DNA of 64,000 bases. Source: a plasmid. Numbering within the stretch: position 1 is the first letter of the stretch; each line of letters starts with the position of its first letter. The DNA is taken from sequence record CP099787.1. One strand, given 5' to 3'. This document shows, piece after piece, positions 46,704 through 57,814 of this stretch. The position numbers and the translations under genes are program-made. The notes below the pieces were generated by a model. The model did no database searches, was not told the origin of the DNA, and worked only from the letters and a program-made list of their open reading frames with translations.

Positions 46704-48755
46704 TGTAATAACCTCCGACGGCTTGCTTATTTACCCGTTCTCTAATCTTTTCTGCTTTATCTCCCAAATCAACGTTTTTTGGCACTACTGAGTTTTGAAA
46801 TTCAGTCATATCAATTTTAGAGAAATCTAATTTTTGCAATTGCTCAACAGTAATTCCTTCACAAGTTTCTAATGAAAGACCAAGCTGTTTTCTGCCCTCT
46901 CGGTTAATTATCTTTGCCAAGATACTTTTGAAACAGCAATAGGAACGACTCTCTTCAGTACAACCAAAAATGGTTTTTGATGAGCACCATGTCCGCGCAT
47001 GAGTACATAAACTACCGCCACGTTTTACGGCCAAGTCCCGTTCTTCTTCGTTACATTGAAGCCATCCACCAGTCAGATCTCCCTGAAGGTTTTTCATCAT
47101 TGAATCATCGTTATATAAATCATCATATTGATAAGTTGAGCCTTCTGTTTGCTGAGCTGCTTGTTCCGGGTTATTACCCATAGCTTGAGTTTGCTTACTT
47201 CCAGTTGCATTGTTTGAAGCTTTAGAAACGTCAACTTTTATTTCTTTACAACAGCTCATGATGTTATGACCAGCTAATAGCTTTACAGTACATGTTCCCC
47301 CTTCTCCATTGAATACTCTCAAGGAACCTGTAGAATCTTTTTCGCCATACACGCCCGCTTCTCGCGTAGCTTCCATCATTGCAATTGCTTGACCAAAATC
47401 TTTATCCGGTTCTGAAGATTCTTGATAGCATTTACCGTCAGTACATTTAGCCTCTACACATACTCTTCGATTTTCTTTTCGTGCTTCTGAAGTTTTGCAT
47501 TGATATGTTTGACTATAAGTTAAGCAATTACCTGCTGAGTCTTTGGATGAACAAACACTTTTAATTTGAGAACAACCAGCATCTATTAAGTTTTGACAAT
47601 CAGATACATTAGTTTTTTCCGCACACATGAATTGTTTTTCTTCATAAACACATTCGCCATCGATTGTTTTTTTGCATTCTGATTTTATCTCTTTGCATGG
47701 TTTAATAGTCGGGTTGTATTTATCATAACAACCATTAACCTTCTGTTTTTTACATGCGCACGCAATTCTTGTTTTAATATTTACACTTGTCCACCAATCT
47801 GTGCGTGCATTCCAGTTTTCAAGTCTAACTGTATTAATGCCTTCTTTGAGGAATGGTTTTAGATCCACATTCGTTGTTCCTGAGCAACAATGAGCGCCCC
47901 CCCAATTAAAACTCCATGCTTCTTTACCATTGATATAAAGTCTTGAACCGTCGTTATTCATAAAATCAGTGAGGCGAAATTCAGCCAAAGATTCCAGATT
48001 CTTAACTTCAAAACTATATTCGGCAGCATGTACTCCAGTAGAACCATCAGTTCCAAATAGGCCAATTTTTAAAAAGCCATTTTCCATTGTGATTGTTGAA
48101 TTATGAAATGGCTTAGTCACTTTTAAAGTAGTATGATCAATTCCGCTTCCATCTTCTCCACAAATCATGTCTTTTATTGGAGAAATACAATCAGTAAAGA
48201 GAATTTTGTTTATGCAGCTTTCTGTAGAACTAGTTGAAAATACTGAGCACTGTTTATTTTCAAAAACTGGTTTAACATCGAATTCTTTATTGAAGCAAAA
48301 CTGATTTGTAGAACCTTCAATGCTTGCTTGTGTAGCACTTTCACCAGATACCTTTATCGTTTCCTTAGAGTCTTTTACTAGGGGATCTTTTTTTGGATCA
48401 ATTTCATAAATTGGTCTAGATGTAGCACTTTTATTAACTAAATTAATAGCCTCACATTCCAAGTTAAGTTGATTGCTTCCACTCATATTTTGGTTTTGGC
48501 AGTTCGTAACTTTCTGGTTTCCAATACTATTAACGTTTCCCATTCCATTTTTTGATAATAGGCGGATTCAGGTGCGTTAGTTGAAAAATTAGGTACTGTA
48601 TTCTGACCATTTTGAGAATTTACTAAAGAGGATGTGGACTCAATAGAATTTTGGCCAAAATCTCTCCCTTCCTCTTCTGCTGTTTTTGCATGTATGACGC
48701 TTGACATACATGCAAAACTCAATATTGTTGCTAATACATGATGTTTCTTAATCAT
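46696..48755 (-). CDS. traN: TraN (Cys-rich outer-membrane mating-pair stabilisation protein), frame broken at an A6 run near 48545
   Basis: The 615-aa ORF is rich in conserved Cys. Its signal peptide lies in the overlapping upstream ORF 48483..48755, and a single-base indel joins the two. Confidence 0.7.
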
Positions 48756-49459
48756 TGATTAGCTCCTTTTAAAAAGGTCAGATATCTCTTTGCGATCTGA
48801 CTCAGTTCAGCCGTTTCTTTTTTCTCCATTTGTTCTAAGGCATATTCAAGACTTATATCACCCGTAATTTTGCTATGATTTTCGGGTAATACACAGCCTT
48901 CTTCATCTAGATTTTCTTCTGCCCGTGGTTTTACTAAAACTATAGCCGGTACTGAATCAACCCGGTATTGTTTAAACGCGTTAGGGTTAATTTGAATATT
49001 GGCTGATTTAACGCCTATCTGGGATATGGCTTTCGCCATTTCCATGTAGTTACCGTCTTTAAAACCTCTAAAGACAACTACGCCACCAGCCTTAGTAACA
49101 TCTGTCACTAGTTTGTTTAAAGCATCTTTGGGCATAGATAAGCTTGCAAAAGCTAAAATACCATCAACATTTTTCTTATTTTCTGCTTTACGTTTATATC
49201 TTGCTGCAATGTCATCAAGATTTATACCATTTGGTTTTTGAACATTAATATTTGGAAAGTTGTTAGGACGTGCCTCAACACTTTTTAAAATTTCAATTTG
49301 CTTTCTTGCTTTTTCTTGAGCCATTTCCCAATCAGACTTTTTGAAAGTCTGATTTTTTACTTTATCCATTTCCTTTTTAATTTCTTGTTCGCTAGGAAAA
49401 TCTGCACTGTGTACATTGCAAGACAACAAACAAATTGATGCTAGGATTAATTTTTTCAT
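48752..49459 (-). CDS. trbC: TrbC (F-type pilus assembly)
   Basis: Size, a signal peptide after the MKKLILAS start, and its position between traU and traN. Confidence 0.6.
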   Translation of the reverse strand: MKKLILASICLLSCNVHSADFPSEQEIKKEMDKVKNQTFKKSDWEMAQEKARKQIEILKSVEARPNNFPNINVQKPNGINLDDIAARYKRKAENKKNVDGILAFASLSMPKDALNKLVTDVTKAGGVVVFRGFKDGNYMEMAKAISQIGVKSANIQINPNAFKQYRVDSVPAIVLVKPRAEENLDEEGCVLPENHSKITGDISLEYALEQMEKKETAELSQIAKRYLTFLKGANQ

Positions 49460-49473
49460 TCTAGTTACTCCTT

Positions 49474-50517
49474 TTAATACACATAGAACGGTGAAATAGG
49501 GCCCAAACAGCAATTTTTCTTTCTGAATAATTCATAGGAGAAATGTTCGCCAGTTACCGGCCATGATTTCCCGGCACCCCATACACTTGTCGTTCTGCCG
49601 AATGGCTGGCAGCATTTACCATTAATTTTTTTAGTTTGTGCCACTGGATAGAGCATCTGATATTTATATGCTGTTTTATCCATAATTGGTTGCGGATAAA
49701 CGCCACACAATCCAGCTTCTCCATTGGTTCCCCAAGTTAGGAACTGACGATGCATTTTTGCTGCTAATCGTTGTGCAATTAGTGATGAAGCTTGAATATG
49801 ACTAACATGTGCGCCAACGTTCCCATTTAATGGATAAATTGAACCATTACATCCAGCACACCAGAACAGACCATTTGAACCAAAACCTGCTGATGCTAAT
49901 ACGCAATCCCCTGCACATGCAGCTTGTGTAAGTGGGTTTGTGAATAAGGCTGCTTCTGGAGATAAAATTGCAGACAACTCATCATCATTCCACATCGGAT
50001 CCAACTCAGTCATATATCCGATATCAAAGTATCCAGTTTCAGTACATGGATGCTCATAGATCACTTCTAACCACATCATGATTGGATCTGTATACCAGTG
50101 CGCTTGATAAAATGAGTGCCTATTGTTGTCATCATGCAAACGTACTTCACCTTCCGGTGCTTCTACACCTACGTCCAATTCAGTTCCTAATGAAACCATA
50201 CAATAAGGAGTACGAGTTACATCTACTCGTCTTACTGGCTCCCAAAAACCTGTTTGAATTCCTAGATAGATTCTTGGGATCGCACAACTACAGAACAATT
50301 GCGATGGATTACTATTATCTTCTTGTCCACCTTTCCACAATGGCATTCCTCCCATGCTGATAGGAAAAATGCAAGACCAACAGATATCGCTAATTGGATT
50401 AGCAAATTCGCCTGGGCAACGTAAGCTTTTAGATCCATTATTATTTGATCCAGAGTCAGCGGCGAAGCTTAAATTAGTGAAAATTAAAAGGAATAAAATA
50501 GTAAAAAATTTCTTCAT
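49474..50517 (-). CDS. traU: TraU
   Basis: A 347-aa Cys-rich periplasmic protein with motifs such as NPISDICWSCIFP, in the canonical position between traW and trbC. Confidence 0.75.
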   Translation of the reverse strand: MKKFFTILFLLIFTNLSFAADSGSNNNGSKSLRCPGEFANPISDICWSCIFPISMGGMPLWKGGQEDNSNPSQLFCSCAIPRIYLGIQTGFWEPVRRVDVTRTPYCMVSLGTELDVGVEAPEGEVRLHDDNNRHSFYQAHWYTDPIMMWLEVIYEHPCTETGYFDIGYMTELDPMWNDDELSAILSPEAALFTNPLTQAACAGDCVLASAGFGSNGLFWCAGCNGSIYPLNGNVGAHVSHIQASSLIAQRLAAKMHRQFLTWGTNGEAGLCGVYPQPIMDKTAYKYQMLYPVAQTKKINGKCCQPFGRTTSVWGAGKSWPVTGEHFSYELFRKKNCCLGPISPFYVY

Positions 50518-51152
50518 TTCACTAACTCCTTAGCTGGGACTTCACTAATCTCAAGCATTTTTCCATTTTGTCTAACAATCGATGGTACAGATGTAATTTG
50601 TAATCGCTTTGAGATATAACCGTACTGGTCAAAGTAGACTTGACGTTTCCAAGCTCTAGTCAAATCGAACCAAGAGCCATCTACTAAAATTGGAGTAATT
50701 CGATTTTTATACAATTCAGTTAATTTTTTTACCGCTTGTACTTGTTCTGGATCTGAGCCTTTAAAAAGAACTAGTGTTTTAGTCATGGTCACGGTATCCA
50801 ATGGATTTACACTTGTTCCTGCTCTAGCAACCACAACCCCTTCATCAGTTTTTATGTCATTAGATAAGTGCATGGTTGGGTCAAATAACCTGACCTTCTT
50901 TACTGTAACAGTAGAAATATTTTCAACTGGTTTTGGGTTTTTAGCAGAGTTCATGGCACGTGAAACAGCTTCTTGCTGTTTCCGCTTTAACTCACCGGTT
51001 TTCTCAAGAGCCTTTAATTTCGTATAAATTTGCTCTAATGCATCCGGCTCTTGAATTTTATATACAGCTCCATTAACCCCTAAATCTTTGGAATTAGAGT
51101 TAAATGAAATCGCTAAAATTGGTAATAAAAAAAGATATTTAGAAAATTTCAT
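50514..51152 (-). CDS. traW: TraW
   Basis: About 212 aa after the probable start MKFSKYLF, with a signal peptide; it is in the right position for traW. Confidence 0.6.
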   Translation of the reverse strand: MKFSKYLFLLPILAISFNSNSKDLGVNGAVYKIQEPDALEQIYTKLKALEKTGELKRKQQEAVSRAMNSAKNPKPVENISTVTVKKVRLFDPTMHLSNDIKTDEGVVVARAGTSVNPLDTVTMTKTLVLFKGSDPEQVQAVKKLTELYKNRITPILVDGSWFDLTRAWKRQVYFDQYGYISKRLQITSVPSIVRQNGKMLEISEVPAKELVK

Positions 51153-51639
51153 AAGCTTTCCCCAAAATATATTGCTTGTTAATTGTTCCGACCTTTGCGT
51201 AACGACTATCAAGCGAGTCTTTATGAGGAGTGCTTACAAATATTTCATTTTTAGGAATTACTTGTGATGAGATAACTTCGAGCTGAAGCTTTCCATCTGC
51301 ACTTTGTTTTTTTGCTCTACCAATGTATTTATCATTTATAAAGACGTCTCGATCTTTAACAACGATACGATCACCTTCAACACCTGATACAATTTTTACA
51401 AAAATAACGTCTTTAGGATATTTGATCTGGCCTTGCCATAAAAAACCAACTAAATCACCCTTTTGTACAGGCTCACCTTTTTTAATTACATATACTTTCC
51501 CACTCAAGCTTGTTGTGTGATTGACCGTATAGATAAACCATTTTTGGCATAACATTAGCCCTACACTGACAATCAACATCAAAACAAATGTCACTAGTAA
51601 GACGTTTACAACCTTAAACCTTTTAACTTCATTATTCAT
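51139..51639 (-). CDS. traF: conjugal-transfer signal peptidase (S26 family, TraF/TrhF-like)
   Basis: An N-terminal TM helix and an S26-like C-terminus (...DSRY.G.I....LGK). HP2-SD leader upstream. Confidence 0.65.
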   Translation of the reverse strand: MNNEVKRFKVVNVLLVTFVLMLIVSVGLMLCQKWFIYTVNHTTSLSGKVYVIKKGEPVQKGDLVGFLWQGQIKYPKDVIFVKIVSGVEGDRIVVKDRDVFINDKYIGRAKKQSADGKLQLEVISSQVIPKNEIFVSTPHKDSLDSRYAKVGTINKQYILGKAYEIF

Positions 51640-51686
51640 GAATACACCCTAAGCCGTCAGGCTCCTTAATCAAAAAATCTGTCTAA

Positions 51687-52082
51687 TTATTTTTGATAGA
51701 TTGTTTCTCTAACCTGTTGTGTGTAATCTTTTACACGATTAGTATCACTTAAAAGCGCTGCTTTATTAACCAAAATACATTTGCATTCATCACTGATTTT
51801 TTGAACTGCACTATTAAGTTGCTTAGTAAATTTTTGATTTTCGATATCTGCTATTTTTGATTGTTGAGCTAAATCAACATTTGCTGAATCAAGATTTTTA
51901 ACGCCTTGATATAACAAGTCTGTTAGCTTTTTCTCATGTTCTTTTACCAGTGTCAGAATATCGATCGTAGCTATCTTTGGACGTTTCATATCATTGTAAT
52001 AATCCATAGCTCCCGCAATAACTATTACGATGATTGTTAAAACTAAACCTTGAGTCATTTTTTGCATAGTTGAAAGTTTCAT
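51687..52082 (-). CDS. trbI: TrbI-like inner-membrane protein (131 aa)
   Basis: A single TM helix, a size of about 130 aa, and a position immediately after traC as in F. Confidence 0.45.
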   Translation of the reverse strand: MKLSTMQKMTQGLVLTIIVIVIAGAMDYYNDMKRPKIATIDILTLVKEHEKKLTDLLYQGVKNLDSANVDLAQQSKIADIENQKFTKQLNSAVQKISDECKCILVNKAALLSDTNRVKDYTQQVRETIYQK

Positions 52083-54805
52083 ACTTCTTCAGCCTCTTTT
52101 TTACGCATTAAAGCGTATGTTGCTTCTGTCATACTCATGCCTTTATTCGTGCATTCTTCAATGAAGTTGTAGTCGTCTTTGTTTGTTGATGCCATAGCTA
52201 AAGAAAACGGATCCGCAACATGTCTTACGATGTGCTGACCGTTTGGTGAAGTAACCATAATTTCTGAATACCAACCGTGGATACTTTCAATTGACTTAAT
52301 TTGTTTAATGACAGCTTCAGAAAAGTTCGCTTTTTTCTCTTGAAGTAACTTTTCAAAGCTTTGTTCATCTTGGCGTAAGAAGAATTTCCAGTCTGAAGAA
52401 TTATATGCAGCTCTAGCAGCATCATTCGCAAATGCGTCATCAATACCTTGAGTACCCATGCCAAATGAACCAAAGTATTTACGTGCTCTACGATAACCTT
52501 CTTCAATAAAAGCTGCTGTTTCTTCTGTATCATCAAGTAGTTGCCATGCTTCATCTACAAACACGATTTTCCCTTGAGATCGCGATAAATACATATCTCG
52601 CATGATTCGGTTCATAACACCGAAAAGCACAACCGTTTTTAATTCAGGTGAGTCTTTTAGTTCTTCCAGTTCGAGATATATCATCTCGTTATTCATATCG
52701 ATGTTGGCTTTACCATTAAAGTAACTTCCATACATCCCGTTTGTTTTGAAATTTTCTAACTGAGTACCAAGAGCCCAACCTCGTGCATCAATATTTCCGT
52801 TTTGATCTCTAATTTCTTTCAAGAAGTCAGAGATTTGGTCTACGCCATTGTTATTGCGGAATTTTAACCATGTCTCTCTAATAGCTCTTGAAAGGAGAGC
52901 TTTATCGTAATCGTCTAATGGTTTGGATGGTGAAGCCATTTTTGCATACATAGGCAAGAGCATTTTCATCTCTTGGGCAAATGTATTTAAGGTTCCTTCT
53001 TTTTCCGAAAGTTCCTCATCTTCAATTACCTCTAGCCATGTGAAAGGATTCATACAAATCTTTTCGCGCTTTGCGAAATCAATTGCTTGTCCTTTACCGA
53101 GCGCTACGAAGTTTTTAAATGAGCGTCCTACGTCAATAATATATATTTTGAAGCCCAAGCTTTTGTAAGCTGCCAAAATTTCAAGAGAGAAAACAGATTT
53201 ACCAGCGCCTGACGTACCACAAATATAAAAATTATAGTTCCCCTGTTTATTTGAAAATAAATCAAAAAAACAAGGTGTTCCTCTGCGGCCAAATACCATA
53301 ATTACCGGTTTACCGAAACCTTGCCATTCTGACAAAATTGGCATCATATCTACGGCATTAATAGTTGTTTTAGTCGTAATCAGCTTTAATTTCTTCAAAT
53401 CATCTCTTGCCTTTTTTGTCAAAATCATAGGCATTGATGAATAAAGAAGTGGCAGTTGTAAGCAAGATAACGGCATTACGCTAAAGCCGTTTGACTTCCA
53501 TAAATTGTCAACGTTTGCAGAATAACTATCTAGTTGTGATCTTGGAGCGAATATCCCGATTGTATGATAGAGCTCGCACATCCCTCCACCTTTATGTAGG
53601 TGATATGTGATCGCATTCCAATCTCTAGCAATTTCAGCATACTCAGGCTGCCATTTTGCCATTTTACTTTCAGCATTCTGTGTTGAACGAGCTTGCTTTA
53701 TTCTTGCTTTGGTTTCAGAAGATGTTTTATCTAAGATATGAATACCCATCGAAATTATGTAAGGGCATGGATACTGAAGGGAATTTTCAAAAAAATCGCC
53801 AATTACATTTCCCATTTCATAAAGATGTTTGAATTTTGGATACCTCATAACTCCAAAACCACGAAATGCAATTCGATTGTCTTCTTCTAGATCTTCATCG
53901 TCATCTTCTTCAATCCATTCAGAATCATAGACTCTTACTGATCTATTAGTTCCCTTAGTTTTATCAATTATAGGTTGACCAAATACTATTTCAGACACAC
54001 CAACTGTTGCTGAATGACCACGTGGTGTTAACTGACTTTTTATTGATTCTAGACGATTATAATCTTCACTGTAGTATGAGCGAGAAACTTGGAATTCATG
54101 TTCTGGTGGAACGGTTCTAAATAAACTCTCAGGGTCAAGCATTGGCTTAATTATTTTAAGCAGTAACATTGGTGTTAAAACAATATTAGGTAATTTAGCT
54201 TGTTGTAGTTGAGCACTTGTCTGATGCAACAACTCTTCCATTTGCTTAATTAGTTGTGGGTCTTTATAACTACCCGAACGTGTAACTGATAGAATAATTT
54301 TTGGTTTTTTAATAACGTAATATGAGTCTCTTCCGAACTGTGGCCGTCCTTTACGAGACTGGATATGTTTGATTCGATTCTTTGCAAATTCTATTGCGAA
54401 ATCAGACACTTTACCATTCTGATATTCCGCAACACGTAAATCCAAGTACTCTTGAAGATCATCTTCAAAAATTGTATTACCGAAGTTTAATATCTGAATA
54501 CCTGTTTCCGCAGGGAAACTTGAAATAATAGATACTATGCGAGAAACGAAGTCCTCATTTGATCCTGTCTGCGGTATGATTTCTAGAGCAAAGCTTACGG
54601 AAGGGCCATCATTATAATAAAGACTTCTTTTCACATTAAACATGTTGTATTTAAATATCTGATACATGCCGTAGCTTTCAAGAATCTTATTCGTTAAATC
54701 TACAGTTGAGAATTTTTTACCTGTCGGATCATCACCTAATACGTGGACCTTAAACCAGTTTGCGAGCATGGCTCTAAAATTGATTAGTTTGTTATTTCCA
54801 GTCAT
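52079..54805 (-). CDS. traC: TraC (VirB4-family ATPase)
   Basis: A 908-aa product with the Walker A motif GTSGAGKS and a Walker B region. Confidence 0.9.
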   Translation of the reverse strand: MTGNNKLINFRAMLANWFKVHVLGDDPTGKKFSTVDLTNKILESYGMYQIFKYNMFNVKRSLYYNDGPSVSFALEIIPQTGSNEDFVSRIVSIISSFPAETGIQILNFGNTIFEDDLQEYLDLRVAEYQNGKVSDFAIEFAKNRIKHIQSRKGRPQFGRDSYYVIKKPKIILSVTRSGSYKDPQLIKQMEELLHQTSAQLQQAKLPNIVLTPMLLLKIIKPMLDPESLFRTVPPEHEFQVSRSYYSEDYNRLESIKSQLTPRGHSATVGVSEIVFGQPIIDKTKGTNRSVRVYDSEWIEEDDDEDLEEDNRIAFRGFGVMRYPKFKHLYEMGNVIGDFFENSLQYPCPYIISMGIHILDKTSSETKARIKQARSTQNAESKMAKWQPEYAEIARDWNAITYHLHKGGGMCELYHTIGIFAPRSQLDSYSANVDNLWKSNGFSVMPLSCLQLPLLYSSMPMILTKKARDDLKKLKLITTKTTINAVDMMPILSEWQGFGKPVIMVFGRRGTPCFFDLFSNKQGNYNFYICGTSGAGKSVFSLEILAAYKSLGFKIYIIDVGRSFKNFVALGKGQAIDFAKREKICMNPFTWLEVIEDEELSEKEGTLNTFAQEMKMLLPMYAKMASPSKPLDDYDKALLSRAIRETWLKFRNNNGVDQISDFLKEIRDQNGNIDARGWALGTQLENFKTNGMYGSYFNGKANIDMNNEMIYLELEELKDSPELKTVVLFGVMNRIMRDMYLSRSQGKIVFVDEAWQLLDDTEETAAFIEEGYRRARKYFGSFGMGTQGIDDAFANDAARAAYNSSDWKFFLRQDEQSFEKLLQEKKANFSEAVIKQIKSIESIHGWYSEIMVTSPNGQHIVRHVADPFSLAMASTNKDDYNFIEECTNKGMSMTEATYALMRKKEAEEV

Positions 54806-54814
54806 AAGTTAATC

Positions 54815-55459
54815 TCACTGTCTAGTAAACTTAGAGATATCGACATTCAAGTCTTTTATTTCAGTATTTATTCCATTCAAAATTTCTTTACTATTTGGCT
54901 GGCTATTAACTGAAGCATTTACTGGTATAGGACCATCTGAACCTGTTTTAGTAGATTGCGGATCCGCAACTGTAATGGCTGGACTTGAATAGTTTGAAAT
55001 TGGGGCTCCAATTGGTGCGTATGCATCTTGTAGACGTCGAGAATTGTGTTCAATCATCCACTTCCAATTGTCGATTACTAGATAGAAATATTGTTGATCG
55101 AATAAAGTTCTATCCGAAGATTCCCACGGAGCTACCCAAATTCTGAGAGTTTTCGGTTGGCGTAGTAATGGTTCATCTGCGTATGGAGCTACTGGCATTG
55201 CATTATCTTTAGTCGCACGTGTACGCTGCATATATGTATTTGCAATTACTTCTTTACTATTGCCATGTTTAACCTGCTGTGACGGCAAATTGTTTGCATT
55301 CAAATTCGCCATTACACCTGACATTGAGTCACACAAAATTCCATCTGGCGCTTTGCATGAAAATGAGCTTTGACCATTTAAACCGTCGAACCCTCCGTTA
55401 AATGCTGCACATCCACTTAGATTGATTGCCAAGCAAAGTAAAATACCTTTTCTTTTCAT
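54815..55459 (-). CDS. traV: TraV lipoprotein
   Basis: Lipobox LSGCAAF. Its position before traC follows F-like order. Confidence 0.6.
   Translation of the reverse strand: MKRKGILLCLAINLSGCAAFNGGFDGLNGQSSFSCKAPDGILCDSMSGVMANLNANNLPSQQVKHGNSKEVIANTYMQRTRATKDNAMPVAPYADEPLLRQPKTLRIWVAPWESSDRTLFDQQYFYLVIDNWKWMIEHNSRRLQDAYAPIGAPISNYSSPAITVADPQSTKTGSDGPIPVNASVNSQPNSKEILNGINTEIKDLNVDISKFTRQ
54956..54969. repeat. 14-bp palindrome TTGCGGATCCGCAA inside traV
   Basis: Read directly from the sequence. Confidence 0.8.
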
Positions 55460-55717
55460 TTATAAATTCTCCAATGCTGTATGTGAATCAACGGCTTTTT
55501 CATTTTGGAAAGCCAAAATTGATTCATTGAATTTAGTTTCTTCATTCGGCTTCTTAGTTGTCTTAACAGGTGGACGAAGATGTACCTCAAGCTTAGAAAT
55601 TACTTGATTAACATTTTTTGAGTTATTGACTGTTAAACACTTTTCTTGATAAGGGCTCGTTGCTAGAGCACTGCATCCTGAAAGTAAAAGAATGAATGGA
55701 CAAATAATTAAATATTT
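55460..55717 (-). CDS. small lipoprotein (about 85 aa)
   Basis: The true start is MKYLIICPFILLLSGC, after the HP2-SD. The ORF-track start lies inside the leader. Confidence 0.5.
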   Translation of the reverse strand, partial: KYLIICPFILLLSGCSALATSPYQEKCLTVNNSKNVNQVISKLEVHLRPPVKTTKKPNEETKFNESILAFQNEKAVDSHTALENL

Positions 55718-55762
55718 CATTGACTCTCCTGAAGCCGTGAGGCTCACTATCTTTAGCTATCT

Positions 55763-56485
55763 TTATTTTGATTTCTGAGATGAATTGAGAAGTCGTTCTA
55801 GTTCAGAAACACCCACTGCTCCAGGCACCATTGAACCGTCTTCAAATATTAATGAAGGTGTACCTTGAATATTCATACTTGATGCAAATTCAATATTACG
55901 ATCTATTGGGTGAGCGCAATTTTTGGATGAAGGCTTAATATTTTCAATCATGTAATCTTGAAATGCTTTACCAGGATTCTTAGAACACCAAATTGATACT
56001 GCTGTTGTTTTAGCAGTTGGGTGAATACTCTCTAACGGATAAAGGAATGTATAAATCGTTACATTATCAATCGATTGCAAATTACGTTCTAATTGTTGGC
56101 AATATGGGCAATCAGGATCGCTAAATACTACGAGCTTTCTTTTCCCATTGCCTTTAACTGTTTTAATTGCATCTTTTAAACGATCAGCATTCGGGAAACC
56201 AACTTCAACTTTGTTTGAACTTGTTGGAGTCGTTGTTAAATCTGTTTGTGTTTTCATATCAAACAAATTTCCAAAAATGAAGTATCTACCATCTTTATCG
56301 GTATATGCCACATTTCTACCCATTACGACTTCATATATGCCGGTTAAAGGAGTTTTATTCACTTGAGTAACAGTAGTTGCCGGATAGTTTTTTTGGATAT
56401 TAGACTTAATATCTTCTGCTACATCTGCATATGCTATTGAATAGGAACTAATTGCTACGGCAAAAGTTAATAAAAATTTTTTCAT
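55763..56485 (-). CDS. dsbC: DsbC-like thiol:disulfide interchange protein
   Basis: The active site is CPYC, with a signal peptide after the MKKFLL start. Confidence 0.75.
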   Translation of the reverse strand: MKKFLLTFAVAISSYSIAYADVAEDIKSNIQKNYPATTVTQVNKTPLTGIYEVVMGRNVAYTDKDGRYFIFGNLFDMKTQTDLTTTPTSSNKVEVGFPNADRLKDAIKTVKGNGKRKLVVFSDPDCPYCQQLERNLQSIDNVTIYTFLYPLESIHPTAKTTAVSIWCSKNPGKAFQDYMIENIKPSSKNCAHPIDRNIEFASSMNIQGTPSLIFEDGSMVPGAVGVSELERLLNSSQKSK

Positions 56486-56535
56486 ATTAGTCATCCATTA
56501 AAATGCGTTTTTGTTGATTCATTGGAGTTGCACTT

Positions 56536-57805
56536 TTAGTTATTAAAACATTGATTCGCTACTGTGCCACCTTGTTGAACAACAATCTCTAAAGTTCGCC
56601 CTGCACTAACTTCAATAACAGGAAATAAGTCATTTGCCCGTTGCATATAGAAATCAGAAAGTTTTTCTGCTCCACCTGAAATCGCACCACCTACTGCGGC
56701 TTGCTTCAGTTCACTTCCTGAAATCGTTCTAACAGTACCTAGCGCCGATTGGCTTGCTGTACCAACTGTACTACCGTACAGTCCACCTATAGCCTCCATT
56801 GCGGATGCTAATGCAGCTTTAGCAAGAATTTGACCTTGTTTACTTACTACACGGCCACGAATACCAGTTTTGCCGTCTTCTCCAACGACTTGACCTTTAA
56901 TTTGAATTGGTACTGTTTGACCATTAATAATGCAGTTACCACTTTGAATTGTTGCTTTAACACGTTCACTCGATAATTCACCCCAAGCGGCTCCTACAAA
57001 ACGACATCCTTTGATGTTCATTTTATAATTATTTGGCATATCGAATTTCCCAACTGTTTGGAATACAACTGGAATTGGGTCCGACTGTGCTTGTCCACCA
57101 GTTGGTGCATCTACGCCATTAATCATTACGACACGAACAAAACTCCCATCCGGGATAAATGTTGTTTTCTCAGGTCGTTGGCTTTTAACTGAAGTAGATG
57201 TTGTATTTCCTTGTTCATCAATTGACTTATTCATGTCAATAATGCCAAAGGTTTTAACTGGAGCTATATTATTTGGTAAAGGTATTCGCTCGCCTGTCTG
57301 AGGATCGATACCAGTTCCATTTGGATCTGATAGAATACTTTGTCCATGCAATCCTTGTTTATTTGGATAAGCTGAAGATGTACCAGCTATTCCCCCAAGA
57401 TTTGGTGGATTTGTATTTGTTGGTTGTGCTACCACTCTTGATTCGGAACGATTAGCAATTTGACTAATACGCTCGTTCATTATTGATAGTTCTGACTTTA
57501 ACGCATCATTTTGAGCAACTTGAGAGTTAACGGTTTGAGTTAAATCATCGAATTTGCTTTTTTTGAGCTTCTTGATCAATTGCGGCCGTTTGTCTCCATT
57601 TATCTTGCTCTTCAGCATCACCCGGTTTTTCCACATTTACCGCATTTTCAGGTGCTTGAGTTTTATTCGTTTCTTCTGGTGGACTTCCAGAAAACAAGAA
57701 AATAGCAACAATAATGAATAATATTGTGCCTAATATGGCCAACCATTTAATTTGTTTTTTCTTGAGTTTGTCATTAGGATTTTCTAAATCGATATCGTTA
57801 CTCAT
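56536..57805 (-). CDS. traB: TraB (VirB10-like), apparently frameshifted (ORFs 57545..57805 and 56536..57636 overlap)
   Basis: The 86-aa ORF supplies the cytoplasmic N-terminus and TM helix. The 366-aa ORF supplies the coiled-coil, Pro-rich and C-terminal VirB10-like beta-domain. Confidence 0.7.
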
Positions 57806-57814
57806 TTATATCTC

